Source: Ruditapes philippinarum
Taxonomy: Eukaryota
NCBI RefSeq assembly: GCF_026571515.1
Contig: NW_026862330.1
Coordinates: 186,001-250,000 of the forward strand
Direction of reading: 5' to 3'
Length of the DNA: 64,000 bases
The notes under the pieces were generated by a model. The model was not told the DNA's origin. It saw only the letters and a list, made by a program, of their open reading frames with translations, and made no database searches. The position numbers and the translations under genes were made by a program. Below are positions 13,873 to 26,950 of this stretch, piece by piece. The first letter of the stretch is position 1, and every line of letters begins with the position of its first letter.

Positions 13873-16118
13873 TTACATTTTGCAACAGAAAAATCTGACA
13901 TCATTCAAGGCAGTATCATCACGGAATTTGCCTCGAGCTTTTTCCACTTTTGTCTGAATTCCACATACAGCTGTTCTATTCGGACATTGGTTGCTCCAAG
14001 CTCCCCATGTTCCCCATAGACCGTGTCCCGGGGGTTTGACAAGTTCGTACGTACGACCACCACGACACCGACACTTAAACTTTACATAGTTTGCAGCAGT
14101 GTCGTCCTTCATTCTACCCTAAAATTATGAATGTAAATATACAAAATGTATATCAATACGTAAATGTTCATATATAAATTAACAAATTTGCATAAGTTTA
14201 ACTGTCTAGTTTAAAAAAAAATAGACCCGAGGAAAATATAATTGTAGCTTTAAAATTAAAAGACTATATACATTTGTATGTTTAACATAAGAAAATCCCG
14301 TTTTAAAATCAGCGGCATAATGTATGTGAAAATAGAAATAGTCTCAGCTTCTTTAAAAGGAAAATCGTACTTGATATTTCTCTACTTGAAGATCAAAAGA
14401 GCTGAAGTAAAAATGCTTTCGGCATTTGGTTTGTCCGACCCAGGATCCCCATGGTCCCTCAGTAGACGTGACATAACCAGTAACTTTTCCATCCTGGTCC
14501 TCACAGATCAATTTGATGGCATTCAATGCAGTATTGTCTGTAAGCTGTTTAGGTTCAATCTGTAATTAATGGTTTTTATAGTCAGTTATCAAATATAAAT
14601 ACAAGGACCAACAGGCAAGGGCGGCACTCATTGAACCCATCCTCCAACATGACCATTGGCAAGGAGCTCAGCAGGACACCAAACAAAAACAGAAAAGGGT
14701 ACAATGGCAAAGCACGCACATGTGGTGATTATAAATTCAAAATAGGAAATCATAGAAACCGACAAGAATATGAGAGAAGGCAATTAATTCTTTAGACCAA
14801 CAAAAGGATAATGACGCGAAGGAAGGGGTGGAAATAAAGGAAAAAACACAAGAAGAATATAGCAATAAACATGACATACATCTGGGGAACAGCGCTGCCA
14901 TAAACCGCCAGCAGCATTACACTACATTAGCACTACTGAGAAGTTTTAAAGCAATTGATGGTGCCCAAACTAAACTGCAACATGTGCCTTTTAAACGAGA
15001 CAGCGTAAATGATCATATGAATACATATAAAAAGTAAACACAATAAACATAAACAAAACTACTCAATATCTTTAAGGAAGATAGAGCAGCACCTACAACG
15101 ACCCGACAAAGCAAGACAGAAGACAAAAATTAAAACGTTTCAAAACCAATGGGTTTTAAGAACTGTCTTTCACAATCTATCATTTGGTCCATCAAATATA
15201 ATCAATAGAGGAAATCTAAGTGTCCGACTGCACACTTAGCATATGGCATGTCTTAAATAGTAGAATTATTACCTCTTTTAATAATATTTTTAACAAGTTT
15301 AGAAAATACATCAGAAGTCTGTTTTGATCATCAATAATACGTGGCGATATTGATTAATATGACCTCCAAATAAACATAAGATAACAGGTATCAGTGTCCA
15401 CTTGAGAAATGCTTAAATCACAAAATTATTTAGCTTGCTCTACCTTCATGTCGTAACCGACGGCGAAAGATCCCTCCTGACAAAACTTTGCTGGTCCCCA
15501 TTTACCCCATGGACCCCCATTGTTCACTCGCAGCATTTCCACAAATCTAGCATCGACTAGAATAATCAGAAAATGTAATGGTATTAGTTTATTCAATCAT
15601 AACATTATGTTTTATCGTAATAAATTCCGTGAATAAAATAAAACATGAGTAGTACTTAATGTTTGGTATGTATGTGTTTTATTCTCCAAATAACTAGTAC
15701 TATTCTGTGCATTTTCACATCTCATCACTAATTCATTACCTTATATTTAAAGAAATAAATTCAGATATCATAAAATGGAAAAGATACTAACACACGCACA
15801 CATGCACACACGCACGCACGTGCACGCACACAAGTATTTCTAAGCAAAAATAATATAATAAAGCAAATAAAATATAAGAAAAGCGTAAAAAGAAAATTTC
15901 AATAGTTTTAGACTTTACATACCACCAGTTTCAGTGACTTCCGTTTCATCATAGTCTCTTGTAATATCATTTCCAGTCTCTAAATGATGGTTAACTGTCT
16001 CATCAGCAGGCATCTCGAATTCTCCCTCAATTCCATCTCTGACGCGGAAGAATCCCGCACAAAATATCTGACCGACAAGCATAAAGCCCACGAGAGTGCG
16101 GATTGATTTTATTACCAT
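13873..16118 (-). CDS. VMO1: VMO1-domain secreted protein, paralog 1, intact, ~247 aa. Exons 16118-15923, 15556-15444, 14559-14371, 14118-13873
   Basis: All introns GT-AG with consistent phases (1,0,0). Protein: signal peptide [22 protein letters not shown], acidic spacer, then NGGPWGKWG...FC...YDMKIEP...[12 protein letters not shown]...GPWGSW...[12 protein letters not shown]...[10 protein letters not shown]...CGIQTKVE...[13 protein letters not shown], the three-fold repeat of the VMO-I beta-prism domain. Confidence 0.93.
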
Positions 16119-17663
16119 TGTCGCTGCTTCGTAGAACGCAACGTTTGCAATCAAAAATGGGAAATGAAATTTGAAAATGTTCTTCACCGTTATCCTGCCC
16201 GGAAATGTGCACCGGCGCGTTAGATAAGCGTTGTAAACAGTTTGCGTCAATCATCAAGTGTTTCCGGTATTAATTAATCTTTCTCAATTTGGCTGATTGA
16301 ATCGAATTTGTATTATTAAAATATTATTTACATGGCAAGCTGAAAATATAAGTGCAACGAAAACAACAACAGCAACAACAACAACAACAACAACAACAAC
16401 AAGAAAGTACAGCACAAAAAAAATGAATTTAACACATTTTATTTTGGAATAAAACCACAAGTCTGTCATAAGAAATTAAAAGTTCGGTTATTTTTCCTTA
16501 ACAGAAATCATAAATATTAAACATGACATAAGTGGGTTTGATGCAAATTATGTAAACAATTGCATTCTAAACCCTGAATTTGTGTCGTAAATTTTCCTAA
16601 CGTTGAGTTTTGAATAACCCGGAGATTTACGACACTAGAGAACATTTGCTGCCAAAATATTTCAATGCAATATTGAGAAAAATGAACTAACATTTTTTCA
16701 AGAAAAGTTTTTAAATTTTTTAGAAAAGTAAAAATATACACAATTTAGGTGATGGTTTACATTAAATTTGCAATGAGGTGCTGAGTTTGCAGTATTCATC
16801 ACCGTATTTCTACTGCGTGACCAACACAGTATGGACTATTTTTGCGTATTTTGACCTTTATTTGGTTAAATACATGCCGTTTGCAAACTGTAAATTACAT
16901 TTCTTTGTTCACTTGACAATATTTTTTATATATATTTTCAACATTTTCATGAAACTGCTCTTTTAAGCGACACTTAAAATTTAATTATCATTGTGAGAAT
17001 GTTAGATGTACAATGATTTTATCGGGCGGAACCAGGATATGGATAATAATAACCATACTTCCTATTTCTTAAGCTACAAATATAAATTATTTTCATCATT
17101 ATGGGAAATCAATGAACTTCTTGCCTTTGCGCAATGTTTCAATTAAAATTATTAATATCGATTTAGCCTCGATTTCATTTTCCGAGTCTAAGAATAAATA
17201 TCAATCCATAATGTATTCCATCTAGTCTCGATTTCATTTTTTCGTGTAAAACGTCACGTTTAATTCATATTGAACTTGAACGATAAAATCTATATACATC
17301 ATGTACCTCAATATTAAATTAAAGTGGAGTGATATCATTGGCTGTATTAGAACATTAATATAATACAAAATCACTGTTAGTGTTTCCTTTAGTTGAACGT
17401 ACTAAAGTATTTTCTCCTAAAAAATATGGCGGTGTGAAATATAGAGTTTTTTAATATACATTTCTAATTCTATGTATTGATTTTACTGGACTAGTTCAAA
17501 GCTGAAAAACTTATATTGGCCTCGTCTGGTGCCTCGTCCAAAAAATGGTATTATAGCTGTGAAGTACAATATAATTATTTTTGTGCTAGACATTGTATTT
17601 TAACATCATCGTATTTATTATAATTATATCTATAAAGGCCTATACGTATACATCTTACGTTAA

Positions 17664-17940
17664 GGGGCGTCCGTGGCCGTGTGGTTAAGGTCGTTGACTT
17701 CAAATCACTTGCCCCTCACCGCTGTGGGTTCGAATCCTGACAGGGACTTTGGATTCTTTCATGTGAGGAAGCTATCCAGCTAGCTTACGGAACGTCGGTG
17801 GTTCTACTCAGGTGCCCGTTCGTGCCTGAAATAATGCACGGACGGGCACCTGAGGTCTTCCTCCACCAGTGAAGCTGGAACGTCGCGATATGACCTATAC
17901 TGTGTCGATGTGACGTAAAACCAAAAAACAAACAAACAAA
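17664..17940 (+). mobile_element. tRNA-derived SINE, apparently full length; degenerate fragment also at ~13660-13710
   Basis: Pol III A-box TGGCCGTGTGG and B-box GGTTCGAATCC, GC-rich body, (CAAA)n tail. Confidence 0.85.
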
Positions 17941-18309
17941 ATAAGTTAATTGTAACAATTTTAATAACCTAGCTAACGTTGGGACTCTTTGCATACATGC
18001 ACACAGGCTTTTTATGTTTGGACGTGACTGCTTTATCTTTGAGAATTTTGATTTCTTTATCTCTGGATATGTTAAAATTTGCACATCATTATTATTTCTT
18101 TTATCTATGTTATACTACATGTTCTTACTTTCGACGCAATATGAGTTTTTATCTATGTGTTAACTTAAATAACATCGCATGTGTCTTGTTCACTGTGGAT
18201 TGATGTGTAATATTGGAGGGGATGGAATTTAGACATTATTCTTTTATTAAGGCTTCATGACAGCACGCCATATAATGAATATATAACGGAAGTTATTTCA
18301 ACTGTTCTT

Positions 18310-18620
18310 TTCACGATTTCAACTGCACGATTTCAGTTTCGTGAATTCACGATTTCAACTTCACTAATTCACGATTTCAACTTCATGAATTCAACACACA
18401 AATTCACAATTTTCAATTTCTCGTATTCAGTTGAAATCGTAAATTTGTGAAGTTTAAATCGGGAATTTGTGAAATCGAAATCGTAAATTCGTGAAGTTGA
18501 AATCGTGACTTTATGAAGTTGAAATCGTGAACTTTAGGAAGTTGAACTCGTGTACTTGTGAAGTTTAACTCGTGAATTCGTGAAGCTGTAAACGTGAATT
18601 CTTGACTTGAAGTTGAAATG
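18310..18620. repeat. 22-bp minisatellite foldback array, copy 1
   Basis: GAATTCACGATTTCAACTTCAC units followed by reverse-complement units. Confidence 0.85.
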
Positions 18621-18886
18621 TCCCCTCCGATCTTTCGTAACATTGTGATAATTATTTGTTATTGTTATTTTCGTGGAAAAAGAGAATATCTTAACTTGAT
18701 ATATAAGTATTTATATTTACTCTTCCGTTTGGTTGCAGGTCACAGTAAAAACAACACATCGTAAGAATTCAACATGTCCGACATCCTACAAATCTGAGAG
18801 ACGTTTTATTGAAAATTATCAAAAGTATTTATATATAAAGTATCAAAAGAAAATGTGACATATATAAAGTCGGACAAAATTCATCT

Positions 18887-21110
18887 TTAGTCACTAAGGC
18901 TATCTGAATTGCACGGCAGCTTACAGCAATAGAATGCGACGTCATTAAGAGCAGTATCATCTCCATGCCATTGGCATTTCTCTACTTTCGTCTGGATTCC
19001 ACAAATTCCTGATCCTTTAGGACATGTGTCGCTCCATGCGCCCCATTTTCCCCAAAGGCCGTGTCCTGGCGGTTTGACCAGTTCGTAGGCATGTCCACCA
19101 TGACACCGACACTTAAATTTCACGTAATTGGCTGCTGTGTCGTCCCCCCGTCCCTGTGTGAAACAAATTAAGATCACACTAAGGCAGTCTTGTAAATAAA
19201 TGTTTTGAATGATGGCTGAAGTAAATAAAACTGTGAGGCTCAAAATCAGCAAAACAACTGTGACTTGCTATAAATTCGTTTTCTTCAATANNNNNNNNNN
19301 NNNNNNNNNNNNNNNNNNNNNNNNNNNNNNNNNNNNNNNNNNNNNNNNNNNNNNNNNNNNNNNNNNNNNNNNNNNNNNNNNNNNNNNNNNNNNNNNNNNN
19401 NNNNNNNNNNNNNNNNNNNNNNNNNNNNNATAAATCAATAATAGATAAACNNNNNNNNNNNNNNNNNNNNNNNNNNNNNNNNNNNNNNNNNNNNNNNNNN
19501 NNNNNNNNNNNNNNNNNNNNNNNNNNNNNNNNNNNNNNNNNNNNNNNNNNNNNNNNNNNNNNNNNNNNNNNNNNNNNNNNNNNNNNNNNNNNNNNNNNNN
19601 NNNNNNNNNNNNNNNNNNNNNNNNTTTTTCTACTTGAAGATCGAACGCGGCAAGGTGTCTGTGCCCGTTACAATTTATTCGTCCTACCCAGGAACCCCAT
19701 CTGCCTTGTGTTGAAGTTACTTCACCGGTGTATTTTCCTCTTTCATTTGCACAGATTAGTTTGATCGCATTTAACGCAGTATTGTCGTTGTGTTCTAAGG
19801 GTTCGATCTGGATTTGTAAACACAATTTATTATTTATTCATATCATTATGATAAAGCTTCTTATGCTAACTTTTTAATATCATTTTAGTTCATTGTTGAC
19901 TCAAAACTGATCCCACAGGCATAAAATCTAAAAGCAATCTATAGATCTAAACTTGTATGACACATCTTAACTTGTACAAATGCATAAATGGAAGTCTAAA
20001 CGATTACAATGAAGTTCCACCATGCCAATTATTTAAAGGGAAACATAAATGAGAGTTTCAAATATCAAATATTTGTAATAAAAATGACAAGCCTGATGTC
20101 GTGCCTCAAATTCTAGAATTAGGCAAACATTATGAAAAATAAAGATAATATGTATAAATCTAAAATTAAAGTAATAGTTTTGAATACTGCAGCTTTACTA
20201 CTAAAAGAGCTCCTCCCTGGCCCAATGTCTAAAAACCATTAAATTAGACACAAGATGATAAATCAAGTTGGGGGAGACTAAAATAATGATAATGACATAG
20301 AGAAAAACAAATTCCCTAAGAACGTAGATACCGACAAAATTGAAAAAATGTTGCAGGCTCGGTTTGATCGAGCGTGTTCATGGGCAGTAATGGTAAGTGC
20401 AAGTTACCGTCCACGGCCCCCTTGCACCGGCTCAAGCAGAATTCAACATTTAAACATGAAAATGGTAAGATGTTTAATTTAGAAACACCCGCAAATGTGT
20501 TTATAAAACAAAGAATTTAATCTTACTTTCATGTCATAGCCAACAGCATACGAATCACCAGGACAGAACTTGATATTCCCCCATGTACCCCAAGGTCCTC
20601 CATTATTTACTCTCAATATTTTGGTCCACAGCCTATAAGTCTCTGTTTAAACAAAATTTTTAAATTTTGAAATGTATTCTCAAGTAAGACAAATTTTTTT
20701 TTACATAAATAAATAAATAAATAAATAAATAAATGAAAGATATATCACACACGAATTACTTACCTATCAGGTTTATATTCTAGTATATTGTACATTTTTT
20801 TATTTTACGTTTAAATCATAATTTTAATTAAAATAAAAACGCAGCTGAAGAACTAACATAAGTCTTTCTCTTCTAAATAATGATAAAAATCATGATTTGA
20901 CAATTTCATTACCTGAGCTGTCGTCTGCTTTTGATTCTTCTATGAAGCCGTCTTCACCATCACTAGTGTTACTATCATCATCAGGTATCTGAAATTCTTT
21001 CACACCTTCAGTCACTCAGTCGGTTCGAATCCTCTATCTACACCACATAGCGCTCGGCCTACAAGAAAAATAACGGTAAATAAGAAAATTTCTCGCATTA
21101 CGACGCCCAT
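18887..21110 (-). pseudogene. VMO1: VMO1-domain paralog 2, frameshifted in exon 1. Exons 21110-20913, 20642-20527, 19807-~19619 (end in N gap), 19153-18887
   Basis: Close copy of paralog 3, but an 8-bp insertion (21014-21021) gives TGA at codon 33 (21014-21012). Exons 2-4 are open with intact VMO1 motifs. Exon 3 donor is hidden in the N-run. AATAAA on the minus strand at 18805-18810. Confidence 0.8.
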
Positions 21111-21732
21111 GTTCTTGAAGATCCTGTGCAAAACTGTGAAGTTACAAGAAGGGTTGAGCTTTTATAAGGCTTCGGGAACGTATATTAAACCATATCCGTT
21201 TCACAAATTGTGCGAGGATCATCAAATTTGAAATTTTATTGATATATTTATTGATAAACCATATATTGTTTCCGCAATATAACATATGCACGCATTTCCT
21301 ACTATTGTTTGATTTGAAACACTTACTTGTTATCGGTAGGTCAGAAACTTCAAGATATACTAGAGTAATATTTCGGTAACATTTACATTCAAAAACTATA
21401 TTCTATTCTTCTGGGCATCGTTTCATAGAAAGTTCTAAGTAATATCCTGAGTCCTAGGCCTTATGAGCAACTATTGCACTGACTTAAGACCGTTTCAATA
21501 AATATTTTGATCTTTAGTCGATGACTTGGAATTTAGTTAATTTCACCCCCTCTTAGAAAAGATAAGAGATACATTGAACACATGCTTCAAACCATAATTT
21601 GTTCATGCTTATCTACATGACAATTCAGAAATTGAAAAAAGTATTAACATAGGAGTCATAAGTTAGTATATTTTCTTTGTAGCACCAAACTGTCTCAGTT
21701 TTAGTCTAAAGACTAATTTTAGACTGAGGACT

Positions 21733-22840
21733 AACAATTGCTGTTGCTTAATGTTGTGCAACAATAGCTGTTGCTTGATATTGTGTAACAATATCTGTTG
21801 CTTAATGTTGTGTAACAATAGCTGTTGCTTAATGTTGTGTAACAATAGCTGTTGTTTAATGTTGTGTAACAATATCTGTTGCTAAATGTTGTGTAACAAT
21901 TGCTGTTGCTTAATGTTGTGTAACAATAGCTGTTGTTCAATGTTGTGTAACAATATCTGTTGCTAAATGTTGTGTAACAATTGCTGTTGCTTAATGTTGT
22001 GTAACAATATCTGTTGCTTAATGTTGTGTAACAATTGCTGTTGCTTAATGTTGTGTAACAATATCTGTTGCTTAATGTTGTGTAACAATTGCTGTTGCTT
22101 AATGTTGTGTAACAATAGCTGTTGTTTAATGTTGTGTAACAATATCTGTTGCTAAATGTTGTGTAACAATTGCTGTTGCTTAATGTTGTGTAACAATATC
22201 TGTTGCTTAATGTTGTGTAACAATTGCTGTTGCTTAATGTTGTGTAACAATATCTGTTGCTTAATGTTGTGTAACAATTGCTGTTGCTTAATGTTGTGTA
22301 ACAATATCTGTTGCTTAATGTTGTGTAACAATTGCTGTTGCTTAATGTTGTGTAACAATAGCTGTTGTTCAATGTTGTGTAACAATATCTGTTGCTAAAT
22401 GTTGTGTAACAATTGCTGTTGCTTAATGTTGTGTAACAATATCTGTTGCTTAATGTTGTGTAACAATTGCTGTTGCTTAATGTTGTGTAACAATAGCTGT
22501 TGTTTAATGTTGTGTAACAATATATGTTGCTAAATGTTGTGTAACAGTAGCTGTTGCTTTATGCCATGTAACATTAGCTGGTGCTTAATATGTGGTAACA
22601 CTATCTGTTGTTTTATATACGGTTACGTTAGTTGTTGCTTTATGTATGGTGACAATAGCTGTTGCTTAATATATGGAAACAATAGTTGCTGCTTTATTTA
22701 TCGTAACAATAGCTGTAGCTTTATATATGTGGTACCTATAGCTGTAGTCTTATTTATGGTAAATAATAGCCTTTACTTTATATATGGTAACAATAGTTGT
22801 AGCTTTATATACTGCAACAATAACTGTTGCTTTAAACATG
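21733..22840. repeat. 27-bp minisatellite AACAATAGCTGTTGCTTAATGTTGTGT, ~40 units, degenerate at the right end
   Basis: Direct reading; it generates the spurious CCLMLCNN, LLHNIKQQ and CYTTLSN ORFs. Confidence 0.95.
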
Positions 22841-23962
22841 TTAAGAATAGCCGTGAAGGAGTTTGAACTTTGATGTAATTCACATGATCAAACTATAAAC
22901 TTATGTGGACAATAACAGATAAAATATCGACCGGAAACACATTTGTCGATAATTACTTTTATCCGGACTATTATCACAATTTGTATGCAGGCGCAACTTT
23001 ACATACAGTTATGTCTTTCGGTTGCTTTATGGCAAACAAACGCATGCAAAATATCAACGAAGTGTGACTTTTCTTGAGAATGTAACAGGCGTTCCTACTA
23101 GCCAATCGAAATGAAAATGCTACCGTTGTAGATAGTTATATTTTCCTCGTGTTGGCCATATGACACCTGAAATTGGCACTGTGTCACAATATATTGGCTA
23201 CATGTAGAGTACAGAAATGATTTTTTTGCGCGAGCAAAATCAAAACTCCATATGTTAAAATACTGTATAAAAATGTTGCCATATGTTAATCACAGTGAAA
23301 CTTTCCCATTTTTCCGCATAACCTAATTTCATTGTACGGGTATAGAAAAGTAATTGAAAAAAGTGAAATGTCATCAATATCCCATTCTTTCTTAAGTAAC
23401 CTAGGTAACATATTGCAGGAATTTGGTTTATTCATAAAAACCACAAACATGTAATGACAAATTATACTGTAACCCGTAACATAGGATTAGCAAATGGTCA
23501 TTGCGTGCGTGAATGGATAAATTACAAGAGCCAATTATTATTCCTTGTTTGGAGATACTGAATAAAAGTTTATAAAAATATTTGAAAATAGCTTAATCAG
23601 TGAAAGTTAATATGTAACAGTTCATATAGCTTGTGAATCCGAAAGAAGAAAAGAAAAGTCAACTCCTCGATTCGTGAGGTACGAAATAACGGGACGATCT
23701 TAATTTTGTTATAATCAGAACAGATTTTTTTTAAAAAAGTAGCGTTAAATAAAAGTGAAAGTTTGGATACTATCATGGATATGTATAAATATATTGTATT
23801 TACCTCTGGAATATTGCTGTTTCTCCACGTTGATGTGACGTACACGTTGACGTTAGGTGATATGAAGTGTCAGGTAGGCCCGTACCTATATCCTGCAGGA
23901 AAGAATAGAATAGAATAACTTATATTTCAAATCAAGGGTCATGTTAAATGACATGTTAATCA

Positions 23963-23963
23963 C

Positions 23964-24011
<48 letters not shown>
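23963..24011. repeat. (AAT)n microsatellite
   Basis: About 16 units. Confidence 0.95.
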
Positions 24012-24014
<3 letters not shown>

Positions 24015-24189
24015 ATCAAAGATCAAATACAGACGTTAAAGAAACTAAAACTTTGTATTATAGTAACAACAATGAACTTTTAGAAAAACAAACACAGTAA
24101 ATGGCAGAGTTTCGCAAACTAGCATTAAACATCATAATTATATATATATATAATAATATATATATCAAGAGGATATCTTTTGTTTGATT

Positions 24190-24302
24190 GAAATATGGAA
24201 TATATTTTCACGAAACATGATAAAATGCCACATATTTTCACGGACGGCGAGTGAAAATATGTGGCATTTTATCATGTTTCGTGAAAATATATACCATATT
24301 TC
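24190..24302. mobile_element. Near-perfect hairpin (52-bp arms, 9-nt loop), MITE-like, in intron 1 of gene A
   Basis: GAAATATGG...CACATATTTTCAC-ggacggcga-GTGAAAATATGTG...CCATATTTC. Confidence 0.75.
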
Positions 24303-26299
24303 ACGAAAAACGAAAAAATAACCTTTTTATTTAATTTTATTATCAAAGAAAAATAGTTACGAATCCCATTGCTTGCTACGCAACTGCAATTGGACCTTTC
24401 CGATGTTTACAGTTTTATGTAAATTGGCTGACTTGTTATCCAATCGCTACACTGAGATAATAAATAGTCACTGGTTGAACTGGTTTGCACAAAAGAACAC
24501 GTGTTTATGTTTGTGATACTGTTTGTGAGCAGTTGACCTAACAATGAATGGAATAGGTGTGTCTAAATGTTCCGCTACGAAAAACCGGAAAGGTCCTAGA
24601 TGCGTCTTGTTTTGCACGAGATATTTGGCGGTACATTGTGACGTCACGTAAACAACTCTTTAAACATTGGTGTTCGTATTTATTTTCTTAGTTAGACCAT
24701 TTTCTATCCTTTTAGATAGTTTTCAAAATTCAACAAAAAGTTGTTTTGTATTTATCAGATATTTCAAACAAATGGCGAAAGAAGTCCCTTAAAATAAATA
24801 CCGGTATGAGTTTTGACTCCGCCCACTTTCATATTTATATTTCATATTTATTTTCAAAAAATATGAAATATATTTAACTGATATAGCACCATATTTCATG
24901 GGTAAAATTAAATAAATATATGAATTAATAATGACATTATGTTTTTATAATCATTTCGAATAACATTCAATTTACACAAAAAGTTAGCCTATACCTGTAG
25001 TATAACTACACCGTACAATACACATGTCCCCCAAAAACACAAATACTAAGTTAAATCAATGTATGGTTTCTTATTATCATTTCTGAGTTTAAAACAAGTA
25101 AAAATAAATTCTACAAATTGTTTTATGATTTTTTCATCTTCGTTGCTCATTAACCAAATGAATTTGCTTATTTCAGACATTTTTAAAAAGTTTAAATTCT
25201 TATCTTTTATTTCATCACATAAAATGCTGCGTTGACTAGTAAGTCTGCAGAAACCCTTGGACTTATTAAAGTACTCACCCTGTGGGCTCTTGCTTTCAAT
25301 GTGTCCTTGTGCTTCTGCAGATGTGAATGCACAAAACAAAGCAAGGTGGACTATTAAGCTATTCGATACTGAGGGAGGTCTTGATGAATACATTAAATTT
25401 TGTATTTGACAATTTGATATGCAACTGACAATATAAATTGTTATTTTTCCAACCTTTTTAGGAGAATTTATGAACCCAGAAGATGCATGCAGTGTATGTG
25501 ACTGCATGGATGATGGTAGCTATGACTGTCGGTCAGTGTGCTTGAAACCACCATGTGGAACTGACCTGTACAGGAATGATACAAACTACCCCACGTGTGG
25601 TTGTAAAGTGTGTTCGAACATCTGTCAAAATATAAATCCACCGTGTGGAGAGCTCACATGTCCAACATTGAATCATTACTACGAACCAAACGAATGTTGC
25701 CCTGAATGTCGTTGCTGGTATGAAGGCGTAATGGTACCAAGAGGTAAATATTCTTAACCTTTCTTATGAAGAAGGACATCAGAAGCGTGCTTTACACGAG
25801 AGGTGTTCAATTTATTATGAAATACAATCAAAATACTTTATAAGATCTTATAGCTTATAAAAACTAGTGCAAATCGATTAATTTATGTAAAGTAGTGTAT
25901 CATACATATACCCATCTCATTTGATTTCAAAATTCAATATAGTTAGACCAAAAATAAATGATTAAGTTCAGGGCACTATTTTAAGACTTTTGAAGCAAAA
26001 TAATATTATATCCTACAGAAACATTGTGAAATAAGCAAAACAGATGGGATATAATATTTCTGCTGCTTTTGTGTATCGCATTCAACATGGTAAAGGTGCT
26101 TTTCGAAATGACATACACAAAACAGGTTAAAATGGTTCTTTTACCAAACGTCGCACAGCAGCTACTGCTGACGTCGTACGTAAAATCTGTAATTTGAATG
26201 CCTGGTGAAGCCTCTAACACAAAGACAAATAGCAGCTTAGTGTGTGGTGTCTCTAGGCAATATCAATAAAGTTATAGCCAAACTTCTAAAAGCAGAACT

Positions 26300-26950
26300 C
26301 AGTTCATTGGCTTAGTGAGGCCCAGGTTTTGAAACTTCGAGCTTGGTCATGGCGTCTATATCTCGGCCCTAACTGTGAAAAATAGTAAGATATTGTCACC
26401 ACAGATGAGGATATGTTTTATATGGGCGGTAGTTACGGTCGACGTCGTGTTTGCTACGTTCGTACTTTTGTTCGTACATTTGCACCTGGATGTATGGTTT
26501 GGGTCGGAGTTAGTTACTTCGGCAAGACATATCTAATTTTCAAAAATAAAGGGGTAAAAGTAAATGCAAAATATTTAATAAACAAAGTTTTTAAGCTATT
26601 TCTAAAAGAAGATGTTCTGCAACCTTTTTCCCGGAAGAATAAATGCTATGGTATTCTAGCAAGACTCGGCCTCTAGTAATATCGTCAAAAATGACCATTA
26701 CCTTTCTCAACACATGCAAATTGAATTACAAAACACATGCAGAATGGATGCCAAAAAGCCCAGATGCAGCTCCCATGGACTTTGGTATCTAGGGTATACT
26801 GAAACGCAGGTTACAGAAACGCAAGATTAATTGTATGTCCGTTTTTAAAAGGCTCTTAAAGAAGAATGGAGCAAACTTGAGCAGTCATGCATAAACCGGA
26901 CTTTAGAAAGCTAGACAAAAAGGTGTAGAATGATTTACTATTGCCATGAA
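26300..26950 (+). mobile_element. Decayed Tc1/mariner DD37D (maT-type) transposase in intron 2 of gene A
   Basis: IVTTDE, MVWVGVS...GKT.LIF...GVKVNAKY, QDSASS and WMPKSPDAAPMDF.I*GILK motifs; 37 residues between the 2nd and 3rd Asp after correcting one 1-nt frameshift. Confidence 0.8.

Noticed and set aside
17664-17745. tRNA gene
   Set aside because: A and B boxes are present, but no convincing acceptor stem, and it continues into a SINE body and (CAAA)n tail
19142-19150. RGD integrin motif in VMO1-2 loop 2
   Set aside because: GDD is the family consensus, so one Arg creates RGD by chance; absent in paralogs 1 and 3, and the gene is frameshifted
19209-19825. Long ORFs spanning N-runs (also 43531-43875)
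   Set aside because: Artefacts of assembly gaps; only 19807-19625 is real exon sequence
21663-22866. Cys-rich or Gln-rich repetitive ORFs (CCLMLCNN, LLHNIKQQ, CYTTLSN), also at 36480-37394
   Set aside because: Translations of a 27-bp minisatellite that is open in several frames on both strands; no signal peptide or splice context
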